Assembly (NCBI RefSeq): GCF_028641065.1
Contig: NC_073416.1
Span: 7,688,001-7,752,000 of the forward strand
DNA from: Leucoraja erinacea
Taxonomy: Eukaryota
Direction of reading: 5' to 3'
DNA: 64,000 nucleotides
Below, piece by piece: positions 26,155-39,653 of the stretch. Under the pieces are notes generated by a model, which saw only the letters and a list, made by a program, of their open reading frames with translations, was not told where the DNA came from and did not search any database. The position numbers and the translations under genes are program-made. Every line of letters starts with the position of its first letter. Position 1 is the first letter of the stretch.

Positions 26155-26632
26155 CCATATAACCATATAACAATTACAGCACGGAAACAGGCCATCTCGG
26201 CCCTACAAGTCCATGCCGAACAACTTTTTTTCCCTTAGTCCCACCACCTGCCTGCACTCATACCATAACCCTCCATTCCCTTCTCATCCATATGCCTATC
26301 CAATTTATTTTTAAATTATACCAACAAACCTGCCTCCACCACTTCCACTGGAAGCTCATTCCACACCGCTACCATTCTCCGAGTAAAGAAGTTCCCCCTC
26401 ATGTTATCCCTAAACTTCTGTCCCTTAATTCTGAAGTCATGTCCTCTTGTTTGAATCTTCCCTATTCTCAAAGGGAAAAGCTTGTCCACATCAACTGTCT
26501 ATCCCTCTCATCATTTTAAAGACCTCTATCAAGTCCCCCCTTAACCTTCTGCGCTCCAGAGAATAAAGACCTAACTTATTCAACCTATCTCTGTAACTTA
26601 GTTGTTGAAACCCAGGCAACATTCTAGTAAAA
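26155..26632 (-). mobile_element. CR1 LINE 3' fragment (second subfamily)
   Basis: FTRMLPGFQQLSYRDRLNKLGLYSLERRRLRGDLIEVFK; (CCATATAA)n tail at 26155-26170. Confidence 0.85.
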
Positions 26633-26819
26633 AACCTGGCATGAAATGCTGCCTGTCCTGTTGCTGTTCTTGGGCTGGGACTCTGATGCAAATCCCTGCG
26701 TTCCTGCTGGCACTCCTGCAGTAATGAACTGCTCCAGTGCCCAAGATGGAGAGGCTGCCTCTCCATACTGAGCCTACTCTCAATTCCCTCGTCTCCACCG
26801 CATCTGCTCCCCAGATGAC

Positions 26820-27420
26820 GTAGGAAGGAACTGAGGATGCTGGTTTATACCGAAGATAGGCACAACTGAGACAAAGCATAGACTCAGCGACCGTTCGATC
26901 TGCCGAGGTCTACAGGATCTCCCGGTTGCTAATCATTTCAACTCCCCTTCCCACACTGTCCATTCTGTCTTGGGCCTCCTCCATGGCCAGAGTGAAGCCA
27001 CTCTGGCCATCATGCAAATTGGAGGAACAGCACCTCATATTTCGCCTGGGTAGCTTATAACCAAGTGGTTTGAACAATGAATTCTCTAATTTTAAGTAAC
27101 TTCTACAAACACTCCGCTCTCCTTCCCCTTTCCTCCACCCTAGTTGTTTAACCAGTTCCAAAGTTCACATTATATCTCTCTGGAGATCACACCTTCCCAA
27201 GCCAACAATGGACCTACCAGGTCACCACCTTTGCCTGAGGTAATTTAGTGGCAGCTCTGATTGGTCCTGGTCTTTTCTCATCTCCAGCTCTTTCCCCCTC
27301 CCCCCCTCAGTCTGAAGAAGGGACCCGACCTGAAACACATCACCTATCCTTTTTCTCCAGAGGTGCTGCCTGATCCACTGAATTACTCCAGCACTGTCTG
27401 TCTATCTTTGGTATCTTTTT
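26820..27420 (+). mobile_element. Penelope-like element fragment with inverted 5' repeat
   Basis: Inverted repeat tail 26820-26865, then degraded GIY-YIG coding (ETKHRLSDR...DLPVANHFNSPSH...LEEQHLIFRLGSL), then terminal repeat with tctgaagaaggg at 27311. Confidence 0.75.
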
Positions 27421-28753
27421 CAAGAGTCAAGTCAAGAGAGTTGTGAGTCTGTTGAATTCTCTGCCTCAGGGGGCGGTGGAGGCCGGTTCTCTGGATGCTT
27501 TCAAGAGAGAGCTTGATAGGGCTCTTAAAGATGTGGGGGTGCAGGGGTGCCATTGGATTTAGACATGGATGTTGTTCCTGTCTCCCCATGTCTTTGGTTG
27601 ACCACACAGCTCTCCCCACCCCAGACATTTCCTGCACAACTCCTTTAAACTTTGCTCATGTATAGATTTTCCACTGACTGGACAGCATGCAATAAAAAAG
27701 CTTCTCACTGTATCTCGGTACATGTGGCAATAAATTAAATTGAAAGTTATGCCCTCTAGTCTTTGACATTTCCATCCTGGGAAAATGTTCCTTTTTTTTT
27801 GTATCATGTACTCAGTAAATTTGATTAACCTTGTGTACAAAGAGGCCTTGAGAATGACGTGATTAGCAGTCCATCCTCAAAAGTTACAATTACAGCACAC
27901 GGACACTTTTCTGTGCCACTCTAGATGCCCGAGAGGTGGCAAGTTGCGCCACTTCTCCACAATTAGATGCTTCAGAATTTTTTGACACAATTTTGGTTGA
28001 CATTGAACTTCATTCCTTCCTCAACAGTCTCTATTCATCTGGGAAAATTGCAAAACAATGCCATCATATCACTTGGGGAACTGCACAGCTACACGCAGGT
28101 GTGCACATCTCATTTTAAGGAAAGTATCCTTTTTCGAGTTTTACTTTCAACTTGAGAATTTAAAATAATTAAATTGAAGCACTATCAAAAAATTTAATTG
28201 GACTCCGACTGAATAAATTGGACTCTGACTGACTGCCTGATAAAGATTTCATTACAACTCTCAAGAATGACAACATTTGTCTAAAATGTAGATGCCTTAC
28301 AGGCTGTTTGGAATTGTTTTCAACAAGCAGAGATACAAAAATATAAATCCCAATTGTTCTTTTCAATCTATGTTTTTTCCAAAAGGTTAAGAAAGCTTAG
28401 AACATTTATCTTTCATATTTTATAACTGGGAAAGTTTTAATTGTGTTATGCCGATTCAAATCCTTTAACTAATGTGGTCAGCTCACTAAATTAAGTTAAC
28501 GATTCTTTAAACAATTAAGACATTTCAAAGGGGACTTTATTAGCTATAAAACATCCTGACAAGGGATGCAAGATAATGTAAATCGTTTCTATTTGTCTGG
28601 ATTTCCCTCTAAGATGCTCTTGTGTACTGATGTACTCAGTAAATGTGATTGTGTACCTTAACAATGCTTTTGGCCATCTTCACTAATGGTGCGTTATGAC
28701 CACCATTACTTAGCGTTGAGTGTTGTTTGATAATATTATCATGAAATCCTTGA

Positions 28754-28943
28754 AGGTAGACAAAAATGCTGAGATACTCAGCGGGTGAGGCAGCATCTAT
28801 GAAGCGAAGGAATAGGTGACGTTTCAGGTCGAGACCTGAAACGTCACCTATTCCTTCGCTTCACAGATGCTGCCTCACCCACTGAGTTTCTCCAGCATTC
28901 TTGTCTACCTTCGATTTTCCAGCATCTGCAGTACCCTCTTAAA
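28754..28943. mobile_element. Penelope-derived fold-back element
   Basis: Near-perfect palindrome centred on GGTGACGTTTCAGGTCGAGACCTGAAACGTCACC; 14-bp TSD CATGAAATCCTTGA at 28740-28753 and 28944-28957. Confidence 0.8.
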
Positions 28944-30579
28944 CATGAAATCCTTGAGGTGCTTTACTATGTTAAAAAACTAATAAGTGCAAGTTTCAAT
29001 TATGTTATCCCATTGAAAGGTCAGATATGTTTGGGTAATTGAAACAGTTCTTGGATAATCCTTGTTTAATATTATTGCTTACAATAGGTATCCAGGGAAT
29101 ACTGCTTGAAGGGACATCCTAAACCAAAACAACAGAATTTAATTGATTGATAAACAGCCAGTAAAACAACAGTCTTCACAGCACATCTATTTTTGTTACA
29201 TCCACATTAAGGAGTATACAGGTTTATTTTAGATCCGTTTGATAATCAAGTAACACTCCTTTCAGATGATCCATGCTGACTGATTAACAGTGGTCAAGAA
29301 TTATGTCAATGTGCCAACCTCCTCTTCTCACAACGGAGCTGTAATCACTAGTGCTCATCCTTGCATTCTATAACCTCTGCAGATACATATTGCATTCAAA
29401 CAGATTCTTGTAATATTAGCACTTTCTGCAATTCAGGTATATACAGCTTGAGGATTTTACATATATCCCAGTGGGAACAAATAGTGAAATGTATCCACAT
29501 TAAAAACAATCCTTATGTAAGTCACAGTAAAACCACTATTACGTCTCTACACAAAATTCATATATTTTTTAAAACTGCTACCAAAGTGCAAAAAGGATGC
29601 GGCTGTTAGAATATACCTCACGCCTCAATTAATGCCCTCCAAGTTACTTCTACCATGTTTTCTCCAAAAGATACAAAAACATATTAAAATAATTGAGCTT
29701 TGCGTGTATCTGCAGGCTTGCCAGTAGTTAAATAATAATAGTAACCATGTACAAAAGGAAAGCTGATAACATGCCATTAACCATTTCAGCACAAATGTTT
29801 AAACACACAAAATGGTAAGGAGAAAACATCCAATGTTTGAAATGTATTTTCAGTTTCATTTCTGTCAATAGGCTAGTTACTTTTTAAATTATAATCGTGA
29901 ATAGATCTATTACCATACTATAAATACAGAAATTATCTTCTTCTTGCTTCATCCCCAAATGCTAACAGCTTGATGCACTTTAAAACCACAGGAAGCAAAG
30001 AAGAATATGTGAATATGAACATGGAGCAGAAATAAGTGATTCTGATGCAGTATTACGAGTGGCACGCTATCAGTTTTACTTTCTAATCTACTCTTAGAAC
30101 AATCTCATGCTGACCTAGCAAATTTAACATTATCCCATGGCAAGCTGAGATGGGATAATGCCATTTTTACCACTGTCACATCTACAGTAGTTTAACAGCG
30201 GTAATATCACTAATGACTTATTATGCCTCTTAGCTCATGACATAATCAGTTTATCTCGTATTATTTTTTTAAATTTCCCAAACATTACATTTGGCTCCAA
30301 AATATAGCAACTTGAAATATAAAACCTGGGGTAGGGTGGGGAAAGAGTCAATAAAATCAACTTCAATAAATTGATTGGCAAGTTATAAAATTACAGCATA
30401 TAAAAAAATCTTGAACCAATCTGCTTGAAATTTTTATTTAGATACCTCAGACTAATCACTAAAGAAAACCATTGCCCCAACCAAAAGATGATTATGAATT
30501 GATCTTGGAAAGATTCGTGGTGGTTGTAACAAATTCAGCTCCTTTGGCAATGGGGCTATTTACAAGCTAATGGTGAGGA

Positions 30580-31090
30580 AACGAAACCGCCCCTTCAGGC
30601 GCCCGCCTCCTCTGCGCGCACATTGGTTGCAGCGCTTGCCGGGGGAGACAGGCCCTGCAGCCATTGGCTGACGCTGCTGTCAGTCAGCGTGTCCCACAGG
30701 GATGATTGACGCGCCCGCGCGCCCCTCCCCCTTTCTGTTTAGATTCAGTTTACCAGGTCCGATTGTCAGAATGTAACGGCGTGGATCTCACCTCGACTCC
30801 CGGGCGCCGCTGCTCTCACGCAACGCAAGTGACAGGCGCCGGCCGCCGAGCGGCCGCCAGCTCCGCTCGAGTGAGACTTTCGCCGTTTGTGTTTCCAGGC
30901 GAGCGCCGTTCAGCCACTTTCTCAGAGCGTCGGGGCGGGTGCCAGCTCCATTTCCGGTGTGAGCCGGAATGGACGTCATCCGCGAGAACAAAGCCTGCAC
31001 GCGGCCGTGTGGCCCGGGCGGCAGTCCTGCAGCAGGGCGCTGGGGGGCGCCCGCCCCGGCGGCCAGCCATTTCAATAAGCTGCTCAAAGT
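30580..31090 (-). promoter_or_regulatory. DNAJC14: CpG island promoter of DNAJC14
   Basis: Sharp CpG/GC enrichment; ETS-type CCGGAA at 30952-30957 (-) and 30964-30969 (+); CRE-like GACGTCA at 30972; GC box at 30932; CCAAT boxes (-) at 30622 and 30663. Confidence 0.75.
30792..30930 (-). other. DNAJC14: Probable non-coding exon 1 of DNAJC14 (5' boundary unknown)
   Basis: Strong donor GAG|GTGAGA at 30792/30791 inside the CpG island; the first coding exon has an acceptor upstream of its ATG. Confidence 0.55.
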
Positions 31091-31165
31091 AATAGCCCAT
31101 GACTAATGGCAGTCCAGGAAGGAATTCATTGCAAAATATTATTAGGCAACTCGTGTAAAGTCCAT

Positions 31166-31171
31166 TTTATT
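31166..31171 (-). terminator. Candidate NEMP1 polyadenylation signal
   Basis: First canonical AATAAA (tttatt on +) I found downstream of the NEMP1 stop; implies a 3' UTR of about 3.6 kb. An ATTAAA near 32953 is an alternative. Confidence 0.4.
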
Positions 31172-34100
31172 TAAGGTGCACTTGCTGCCACGTTTAAATA
31201 TGCATTCCTGATGGATCTTACAATCAACAATAACATGCCACACACACTCCCCAAGGGTTCTCCTCCTAATTCCACACGGCCCTCTTTACTTTTGATTTAC
31301 ACGTCTTGGAAGTTTAACGTTTCTACTCCCAGTCAAGTGCTTTCCTGAGGTAATCATTGCAACCTTTAAGGACCAACTCAGGATGAGTAATGGAGACAAG
31401 GAACTGTTGGAGTAACTCTGGAGAACATGGATAGGTGATGTTTCAGACCAGGACCCTGCAGAGTGATCTGAAGAAGGATCCCAACCCAAAACATTGCCTA
31501 TCCATGTTCTCCAGAGTCAAGTAAAGAGAGTCTATTGTCATGTGTCCCAGATAGGACAATGAAATCCTTGCTTGCTGCAGCACAACACAATATTGGAGGC
31601 ATAATACAGAACAGATCAGTTGCTGTCAAATCATGAGAGTTACTCCAGCTTTTTTGCAGATGTGTAATGGATGCCAATATGGACAGTACTGCATCCCAAC
31701 CCAAAAAAAAGGCTTTTTGTTAGATGCTGCAGATGTGTGTTAGATGTGGGTGAACCAACCGTAGTCTCCTTTCCCACGCCAACCTCTCCAAATGGACCAT
31801 TGGTCCGCTGCATTGGTAAGGACATGTTGTCTGCATCCCCAACCACAAATTCATAAAGCATTATCTTTAGAGTTTGATCATAAGGAGATTATCAAGTGCA
31901 CAGAGAAAGCAATTCAAGGAGATGATCAAAGTGCAACATCCCCAACAATTGTGTCATTCTGTAGAGATCCAACTTTTTAAAACCACCACCCAAAGAATCT
32001 TTTGGTCACTAAACAAACAGCAATACTGGGTATTAATGCAACAGAAATAGGTCCACAATCTATCATTTATCATAATTATCAATGCATGTTGTATCACCAC
32101 AGGAAAATAAAGAATGAATTTAGATATGCAATGTTATAGCAGACAAAACAACTTATTTGCATTCCCGACATCAGAAGGTAGATGGGTCACCCAACCACAT
32201 ACCGTATATTCAAACATTACAAAGATTGCACAAGGAAATTCGTCCTATCCCAACCAAACATTTTCAAACACGAGTCTAAAGATGGGTCTCGACCCATAAC
32301 GTCAAGTCTGAAGAACAGTCGGCCCAAAACGTCACCCGTGTTCACCCGAGTTGCTGCCGTTGGTGTTACTCCAGTACTCCGCGTCCTTATGTGTATTAAC
32401 CAGCATCTACAGTTCCTCGTTTCTAGATACCAACCAAACACAAACGTCTTCCCAGCCACAACCCCACATTTTCCCTCCCACACATGGAAAGATACAAAAA
32501 TCAACCAAAGACATTTTCCTGATATGTTTATTAGAATTCAAAATCCTTTCAATAAAACAGATCATTTCTCATGTAATCAGTGCTTAACAGTAAAACACAG
32601 GGATATTCACAGATTTAAACATACATTTTATACATGCCATTGCCTCGGGTTTGGTTAGTTTAAACTGCCTGAGCATTTGGATACTGTGACTGCGTCTGGT
32701 TATTGCATAGCCATAGCTTTTACACCTGAATTTTAAACAATCTCACTAAAAGTCAACATATTGCGCCAGAGAGCATCATCCACAGTAACTTGAGGTCCTA
32801 AGAATCAAAAACAGTTGCATCAGTAAATAAAATCCCCAACTTACAAACATGCCGAGGCTCCAAAGTGTTGGGTAATAGCATTGTTACCCTCAAGAATATT
32901 TCAGACTAGCACAGCAGCACCACCATTGCACAGATGGAAAAGTAGCACCAACTTTAATTTGTTGTGTATAGCAGAGGCAAGAATGAAGTTTGAGAGAACG
33001 GCAAGTGCAAGTGAAGATGGTAATCCATACTCCATTACACATTACCTTTAAAATAGCAATACACCATCTCTACCACAATTCTATTCTCCAGATCATGGCC
33101 AAGATATTCAACAATATAAAAATCACTGCAATGCAAAGGTTCCCATATTGTTCAGCTAGCTCAAAATATATAGTGCAAATTGATGAGCCCAAATAGACTC
33201 CAAATATTGGACAAGGTATTCGAGGTTTTTTTTTTTGTAAAACATCAAGTCTCTTCCCCTCCACTTTCCCCAATTACGTGTAAATTTTCAGTGGAGCTAG
33301 CAACATGATTTGACTTCTGTGTCAAGGGAAGTATAAAAATGAATCAAAATGAAGTGCACATTCCATAGCGAGGATCCTGTTTAAGGCCCTGTCTTTCCTA
33401 AAATTAAAAGTGTCTAGCTTGGATCAGTGTTTGCCCAGTGACCCATTAATGCAGGAGTCCCACTATAGAATGAGTGTCAAGAGAAATATCCTCTTGTAAT
33501 ACCGTTTAAAGAATAGAATATGGGTTGCGTTAGACTCCCACTCATTTTTACACCTCCGGGATGCTGAGGTCAAAGCAGAGAGTGGGTTGAAGCAGAGGAC
33601 AAGACAAGTAATCATGTTAATATTTCCACTGAAAATAAAGTTACTTAAAATATATGCCAACTATTGAACTATTGAAATAATGTTATTTTTGGTTTCAGCT
33701 ATTCCTACATTCTTCCAACTGCTCAGAGTGAACAGATATCACAATTGGGTACAGATTGAGTTATTAAAGACCCCTTGCTTTGAAACTAGATTAAGAATGG
33801 GCGATACAGCCTGGAGAAAGATAAGTACGCCATTAGGTGCACAACTCCCTATAATAGGATTAAAACCAAGATAAAATTGCTCAAAACAGAACAAAATACA
33901 AAACTACATTATTCGATACCCACTTCATTGTTGGGGGAAAAAAAGCAACTGAAATCATGACGTTTTCTTTGCAGACACAAGTAACCAGACACAAACGTGC
34001 GTGGACTTTGGTGTGACTGCACTAAACACACAACTCTACAGTTAATATAGTTAATATTTATATTTTGATTCAGATACGCATTTAGCTGTAATGCCAAAGT

Positions 34101-34744
34101 ACAGAGGGTGCATTAAAATAATAGAAAACACTGTAAAGTTTCCTTAACGTCAAATATCTATAACAGCAAATCTAACCAACAAATTGATAAAAACTTAAAA
34201 GGTAAACAATGATTGTGTTGGGAAGTTCACCAGGCCTTGGAAATATCTCCAGGGTTTTCCTCTCTTAGCTTGAAGGAGTCAGGATATCAAAATGTAACCT
34301 TTTCTTTTCAATCACCCCTCACAAAAGTTTTTTTTTTCCAAAGTGGAGCCATTAGTTTCTTGACTTCTGAATTCCAAGTATTGTGTACCGGGTCAGATCA
34401 ACTTTTAAGAAGACCCAGTAAAGCCACTAAAAATTCAAAACACCCAAAATGTGACTGAAGTCAGGGCGCAAACCCCTTGCTACAGCTGTTTGATGAATGG
34501 CCTTTGTACTAGGGGTGTGTGAGAACCAAGTTCATACAGTATCAGCCCCCAACACCTCTGGTCCAATCTAGATAAAGATCACTCCTGTACTGAAGTAATT
34601 GCTGTAGTTAATATCTTAATTATTTCAATTATCCAGGTCAGGAGTCCAACAAGCAGCATTGCAAAGTATTTCCTCCTCCACAGAAAGGGCGCTCCACTAC
34701 GATCGACAGTGCTCGTGCAGAACGTTTTCTGCCAAGGCCCAGTC

Positions 34745-34892
34745 TCAATTTTCATCGTCGTCGTCGTTGTCAAACTCAACGTCAGACATCTCATCGTCTA
34801 GAGCAAGCAGGCTGCCTAGACCGTATTCTTGTTCGTGAACAGAACTTTCGTTTGGGTTGAGGTGGCACTCCCCTTCAACAAAGTCCGCAAAT
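34745..34892 (-). CDS. NEMP1: NEMP1 exon 9 (terminal)
   Basis: (R)[29 protein letters not shown]...acidic tail-TGA matches the NEMP1 [23 protein letters not shown] motif. Confidence 0.95.
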
Positions 34893-35151
34893 CTGCAGGC
34901 AAGACAACCCGACAGTCACACCAATGTCCCATTGAAATCATGTCAGGAATATGCATTCTAGAAAAACTCTCCCAACATAGTACTTCATGTTACTAAACGT
35001 AAACACAGACATTTTGTGGAAGAAGCATCAATTATTCTTAAAAATGATCAATTCTTGACAACATCGTTGATATCAAACAAGCCAGGCGTCAGAGTGCGAC
35101 CGATGTCAGTGAGCTACTCAGTAGACAGGCTCAACCCCATATTTCTCCTCT

Positions 35152-35478
35152 TTGACAATAGACAACAGGTGCAGGAGGAGGCCATTCGACCCTTCAAGCC
35201 AGCACTGCCATTCACTGTGATCATGGCTGATCATCCCCAATCAGTACCCCGTTCCTGCCTTCTCCCCATATGCCCTGACTCAACTATTTTTAAGAGCCCT
35301 AGCTAGCTCTCTCTTGAAAGCATTCAGAGAACCAGCCTCCACCGCCCTCTGAGGCAGAAAATTCCACAGACTCACAACTCTCTGTGAGAAAACGTGTTTC
35401 CTCGTCTCCATTCTAAATGGCTTACTCCTTATTCTTAAACTGTGGCCCCTGGTTCTGGACTCCCCCAACATCGGGAAC
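35152..35478 (-). mobile_element. CR1 LINE 3' fragment
   Basis: FPMLGESRTRGHSLRIR...FSQRVVSLWNFLPQRAVEA; gacaatagacaa tail. Confidence 0.85.
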
Positions 35479-37513
35479 TTGGTTGTCCAAGATTTCCAAG
35501 AAATGCTACAGATTTCCAAGAAATACTGGAGAGTTGGAATAAACAGATACCCTGGCTAACAGTGTCCTCTGCTTTGAATGGGAACAGAGGTACTGGGATT
35601 AGCTAATGCATGCGTGATGTTTTAGGTTGGGGCACTTCTTCAGACGCACATTTTGTGTTGGCATCCTGCTTCAGATCTGAAGGATTTCGACCAGAAACAT
35701 CACCTATCTGTGTTCTCCAGAGATGCTGCCTGACCTGCGGAGTTACTCTCTTACTTGCCAAGAGAGCCGTTTTATTAGCTTTCAAGCTCCAATAACTTGT
35801 GGGGGGCTGTAAAAGAATAATTTACAGGGGAAAAAAAAAAATGGTGACACATCCTCTTGATAAAGCCAAATTAGGAAGCCAGAGCTTGATCACGTTTCAC
35901 TGACGAGTGTAGCATCTCTTTACAATCTACAAGCTAGTTTTTTATACAAACAGGTAATTTTTCATTGGGGAGATAAGAAATCCAGTGATCTTTTAGTTTG
36001 GGGCCAGGCTTCACTTAAAACATTTTTTTTTACACAGGAGTCTGCGGAACTCAACAAACCTTTTTGAGACCTATAGAATGGTCGCTGTACGGAGAACAAA
36101 GATTCACAAAGGGACAATTTGAGGGCAAATAGGTCTATGTTCAAGGAGAGAGGAGACTTTACTGCATTTAGATTCATTCTTCAAAGATGGGAATTCATGA
36201 TGGTGGAACCGGGCAGTCAAAGTACAAAAACATTTTTTTTTAAAAATCAGTGTTTCACCATGCATGCAACACCACGACTGACAGAATGCAAGCTGGTGAA
36301 TCCACGCCATACACCAAGCTCATGATTCAATGTGCAGAGGCAAGATCACCTCGTCTATTGATGCGAGGAGAAATTGGAGGGAATTGACACACCTCAGCCA
36401 CCGCATTCTTGATTTTATTCCAATATATAAGCCATTTAAATCCGTTGCATGTGATAAATACCCTAAGTTGCCAGTATAGTCCTTCATCCTGGCAATCACT
36501 GCACCCAAGGAATATTGAAATGTTTTTTTTCCCCCCTGGAATCTGGCTTGCCTGACATTCTGATTGGGGAACTTCAAACTTCGGTCCATGCAGTGAAATT
36601 CTGAGGGATGCAAATAATATCGCACCTTCCCACAATGAAGCACGATGTTTACACCAGGGACGTACTGAAGATTTCAAGCAGTGGCCTCGAACAATAAGTT
36701 GGATGCTTGTTCAGTGCTAAACTTTGGACATTCTCAGGTAATTCACTTTGACGAGGAAGATGAGCAAATTGTGGAAAGTTGATCAAATTCTCAGATGGTC
36801 TCAGAGTCAAATCACTCAGCACAGAAGCAGGCCGTTCTGCCCATCATGCCCATGCCGTCTATTGTACTTATCTATAGCAATGCAATTTCCCCACATTTGG
36901 CCTGTGGCCTTCCATGCCTCGGAAATTCAAATGCTTGCCTCAATGTTTCTGAAACACACGTTTCTGCCTCCACCTCCTTGGGTACTGTGCTCCAGATTAT
37001 ACCACCCTCAGACTTCCTCTAAACCTCCTACCCCTTACATCATACACCCTTGTTTTAGACATCCCCACCAAAGGAAAAATATTGTAACTATCTACTGCAT
37101 GTCCTCATCCCCCAGAAACCGACATGCTCAGTGGATCACATCACCTTTTACCATTGCTTCTTTTGGACTTTTCCGTCTGGATGCTGGATGCATGCTGCTG
37201 GATGCATGCTGTCACACAATATAATGAGGCCTTATAATGCTAAGCTACAGAACAAAGAGGTACATTTACTACCTGCCATTTCTCCATGCACCCAGTTATC
37301 TGCCTTGACTATACAGTCAGTGGCAGGTCAGAAAACAAGGTCTGCTCTTTCTTTATTCAAAGTTAAAACACAAATAAGTGTTCTTGCACATCTCCTAACT
37401 GCCGGCATGAAGGCAGTGTTGGCAAACACCTGGGAACAGGCTGTGTCCATTTTTTTCAGGACAGAGGAAGATAGCACATGCGCAAGAGGATTTAAATGGC
37501 ACAAGAGCATTAC

Positions 37514-37687
37514 CTCTTTGGTGTTGAAAGTCTGGACACTACTTTCCACGGATGGAACTCAGGGCTGCTGCAGTGCTTTCGCAGTTCCACCAAAGCTTTT
37601 TGGGTTTCTATTTCTCCTTGCTTTTGAAATTCTTCCTCAGTTAGAAGCCGTCGGGGCTCTGGCTTGTTTCTTAGTTTGAAAACCTTC
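37514..37687 (-). CDS. NEMP1: NEMP1 exon 8
   Basis: [57 protein letters not shown]; tttag acceptor, GTAATG donor; 174 nt. Confidence 0.95.
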
Positions 37688-38269
37688 CTAAAATTAGAGT
37701 ATTTAGAAAATTATGAAAAGGTCACTGGGATATATTTGAGAGAAATCTTGGCTTTTTTAAAAATCCCTCTTTCTGCCTGTTCCCAAGGAATCAACTCATG
37801 GCAGCTGTCAAAACTTTCTGAATTCTTTCCTTTCCCATACCAAACCTTATTTCAGGAGTAAACATGAAACCAAAAATAAAATCTGATCTGCGGGGATAAA
37901 AAGGGACTTAAATAACTTGGGTCCTTATGGACTTTATATTTTAGGTGCCACAACATGATCTCAAGAGCTGAGAGTTAAAAGGAGTTTCTTGGTCTCTACC
38001 AATCTACAACCTCCCACTAGATGGCGCCCATGAGGTAAGTGTGTTGAACATTAATTGTCCTTCACAATACTGTATGATCAGCAAAGCAAGCAGGGTGTTG
38101 TCGTTGCAAGTTGATACACAGTACAACTTATGCCTTAGTTTCATACTAAAAGCAACTGTTCCAGTCAGTACCTATAATGCCAATGAATTAACAATGGAGT
38201 TGAAAAAATAAATGCACTCTTTTCTTCACATGCCACCAGATGCATTGGAAGTCGGTATTGAGGAGATTC

Positions 38270-38500
38270 TTGCCAGTGGTAGAGCTGCTGTCTCTGAGTT
38301 CCAGTCACCCAGCTTCAACCGTGACCTCCGGCATAAACTATGCGGAGTTTGCACGTTCCCCGTGTGACAGCACACGTTTCCTCCAGATGCTCTACTTTCC
38401 TCCCGCATCCGGAAGACAAGCGGGTTGGTGGGTTAATTGGCCACGACACTTTGCGGTGTGGGGAGTTTAAATGGGATGAGTGTCAATGGGTGCTTGATGG
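38270..38500 (+). mobile_element. tRNA-derived V-SINE
   Basis: agtggtagagctgctg head and ggagtttgcacgttccccgtg...ctcccgcatcc central V domain. Minus-strand relatives at 46770-46935, 63870-64000 and 8390-8455. Confidence 0.7.
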
Positions 38501-38569
38501 TCGGCAAGAATTCTGTGGGATAAGCACCTGTTTCCATTCTAAATGACTTCATAACACTTCAACACTTAC

Positions 38570-38795
38570 TTGTATGCAGTGTAAGACCATTGAAAGGGCA
38601 GTTCGATGTTCTTGATGCAGAAAGCCACAATGAGCAGGGTCAGGGCCACCTGTCGTACTTGAATCCCGGAGTACATTAGGAACAGCCCAAAGAGTTGCAG
38701 GCTCCAGTTCAGCAGATTGATACTTCTCTCCTCCTCAGGGGGGCCATACTTGTAACACACAGCAAAGCTGATGAAGCCAGAAACTGTCACATAGC
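38570..38795 (-). CDS. NEMP1: NEMP1 exon 7
   Basis: GYVTVSGFISFAVCYKYGPPEEERSINLLNWSLQLFGL...QWSYTAY; ttcag acceptor, GTAAGT donor; 226 nt. Confidence 0.96.
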
Positions 38796-39248
38796 CTGAA
38801 ACATTAACAGCAGATGAGAAAAATAATCTTGGAGACACAAGGAACTACAGATGCTGGCTTACAGTGTTAGAGTAACTCAGCGGATCTGGGAGGACATGGA
38901 CAGACGACGTTGTGGGTTGGGACACTTCTTCAAACTTAAAATAACCGTCCCAGACTTGATGCCTGCATCTCCTAGATAATCTGGAGAGCACAACCCTATG
39001 TCACTTGAGCTGCGGAGTACTGTATAACTAGGAGTGCAGGAAGCAGAATAGAAAGACATGGCCACACTACTTGGAATAAAGTAGGGACAAGCCAGTAGAA
39101 TAAAGACGTCACATAGATCAGGAAAGGGGAGGGAAATATGGAGCAATGATCACCCACACTCTCTCAAACAGACTTGACCAGATGATGGCACATAGGTAGA
39201 CGGTAGCCAGCAAATTGAGGTATGACAAGTGTATGAGAATGTGCCTAG

Positions 39249-39353
39249 TGTGATGTATATGTAATGTAATATGTAATGTAAATGCCAGTGCCCCTTGAGG
39301 CCAAAAGCAGAAGCTGGCATTTACATTACATGTTACATTACATATACATCACA
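39249..39353. repeat. 40-bp inverted repeat (39/40 match, 25-nt loop)
   Basis: 39249-39288 is the reverse complement of 39314-39353 except T39270/G39332; followed by a tandem repeat of about 28 bp to 39413. Confidence 0.9.
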
Positions 39354-39538
39354 TCTCCCACTTCACTTTAATTACATCACATCTTCCCCTTCACTTTAAT
39401 TACATCACATCTCGTACAAATTTAGTCACAAAACCCCAGAGTGTCAATATTTAACAATACATGCTGGGTATCATACAGACGAACATTTTCAGAAAAATAC
39501 TCAATGTACCTTAAATTAAACACTGCGAACATTCTCAC

Positions 39539-39653
39539 CTAAAACATACTGCCAGTATTCTTTTAAGAGAAACTGCAAATTCCTAAGGGTCACTTGGATC
39601 AAATACAGAGATACAGACCAGCCACCTGCTACCAACAAGTAGAGAGAACTTCT
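39539..39653 (-). CDS. NEMP1: NEMP1 exon 6
   Basis: RSSLYLLVAGGWSVSLYLIQVTLRNLQFLLKEYWQYVL; tttag acceptor, GTGAG donor; 115 nt. Confidence 0.95.

Noticed and set aside
30706-31100. Several Arg/Ala/Pro-rich ORFs on both strands
   Set aside because: Stop-poor CpG island sequence; in-frame stops precede the DNAJC14 ATG, so exon 1 is non-coding.
38270-38340. tRNA-like A/B box sequence
   Set aside because: Head of a V-SINE with no cloverleaf; not a tRNA gene.
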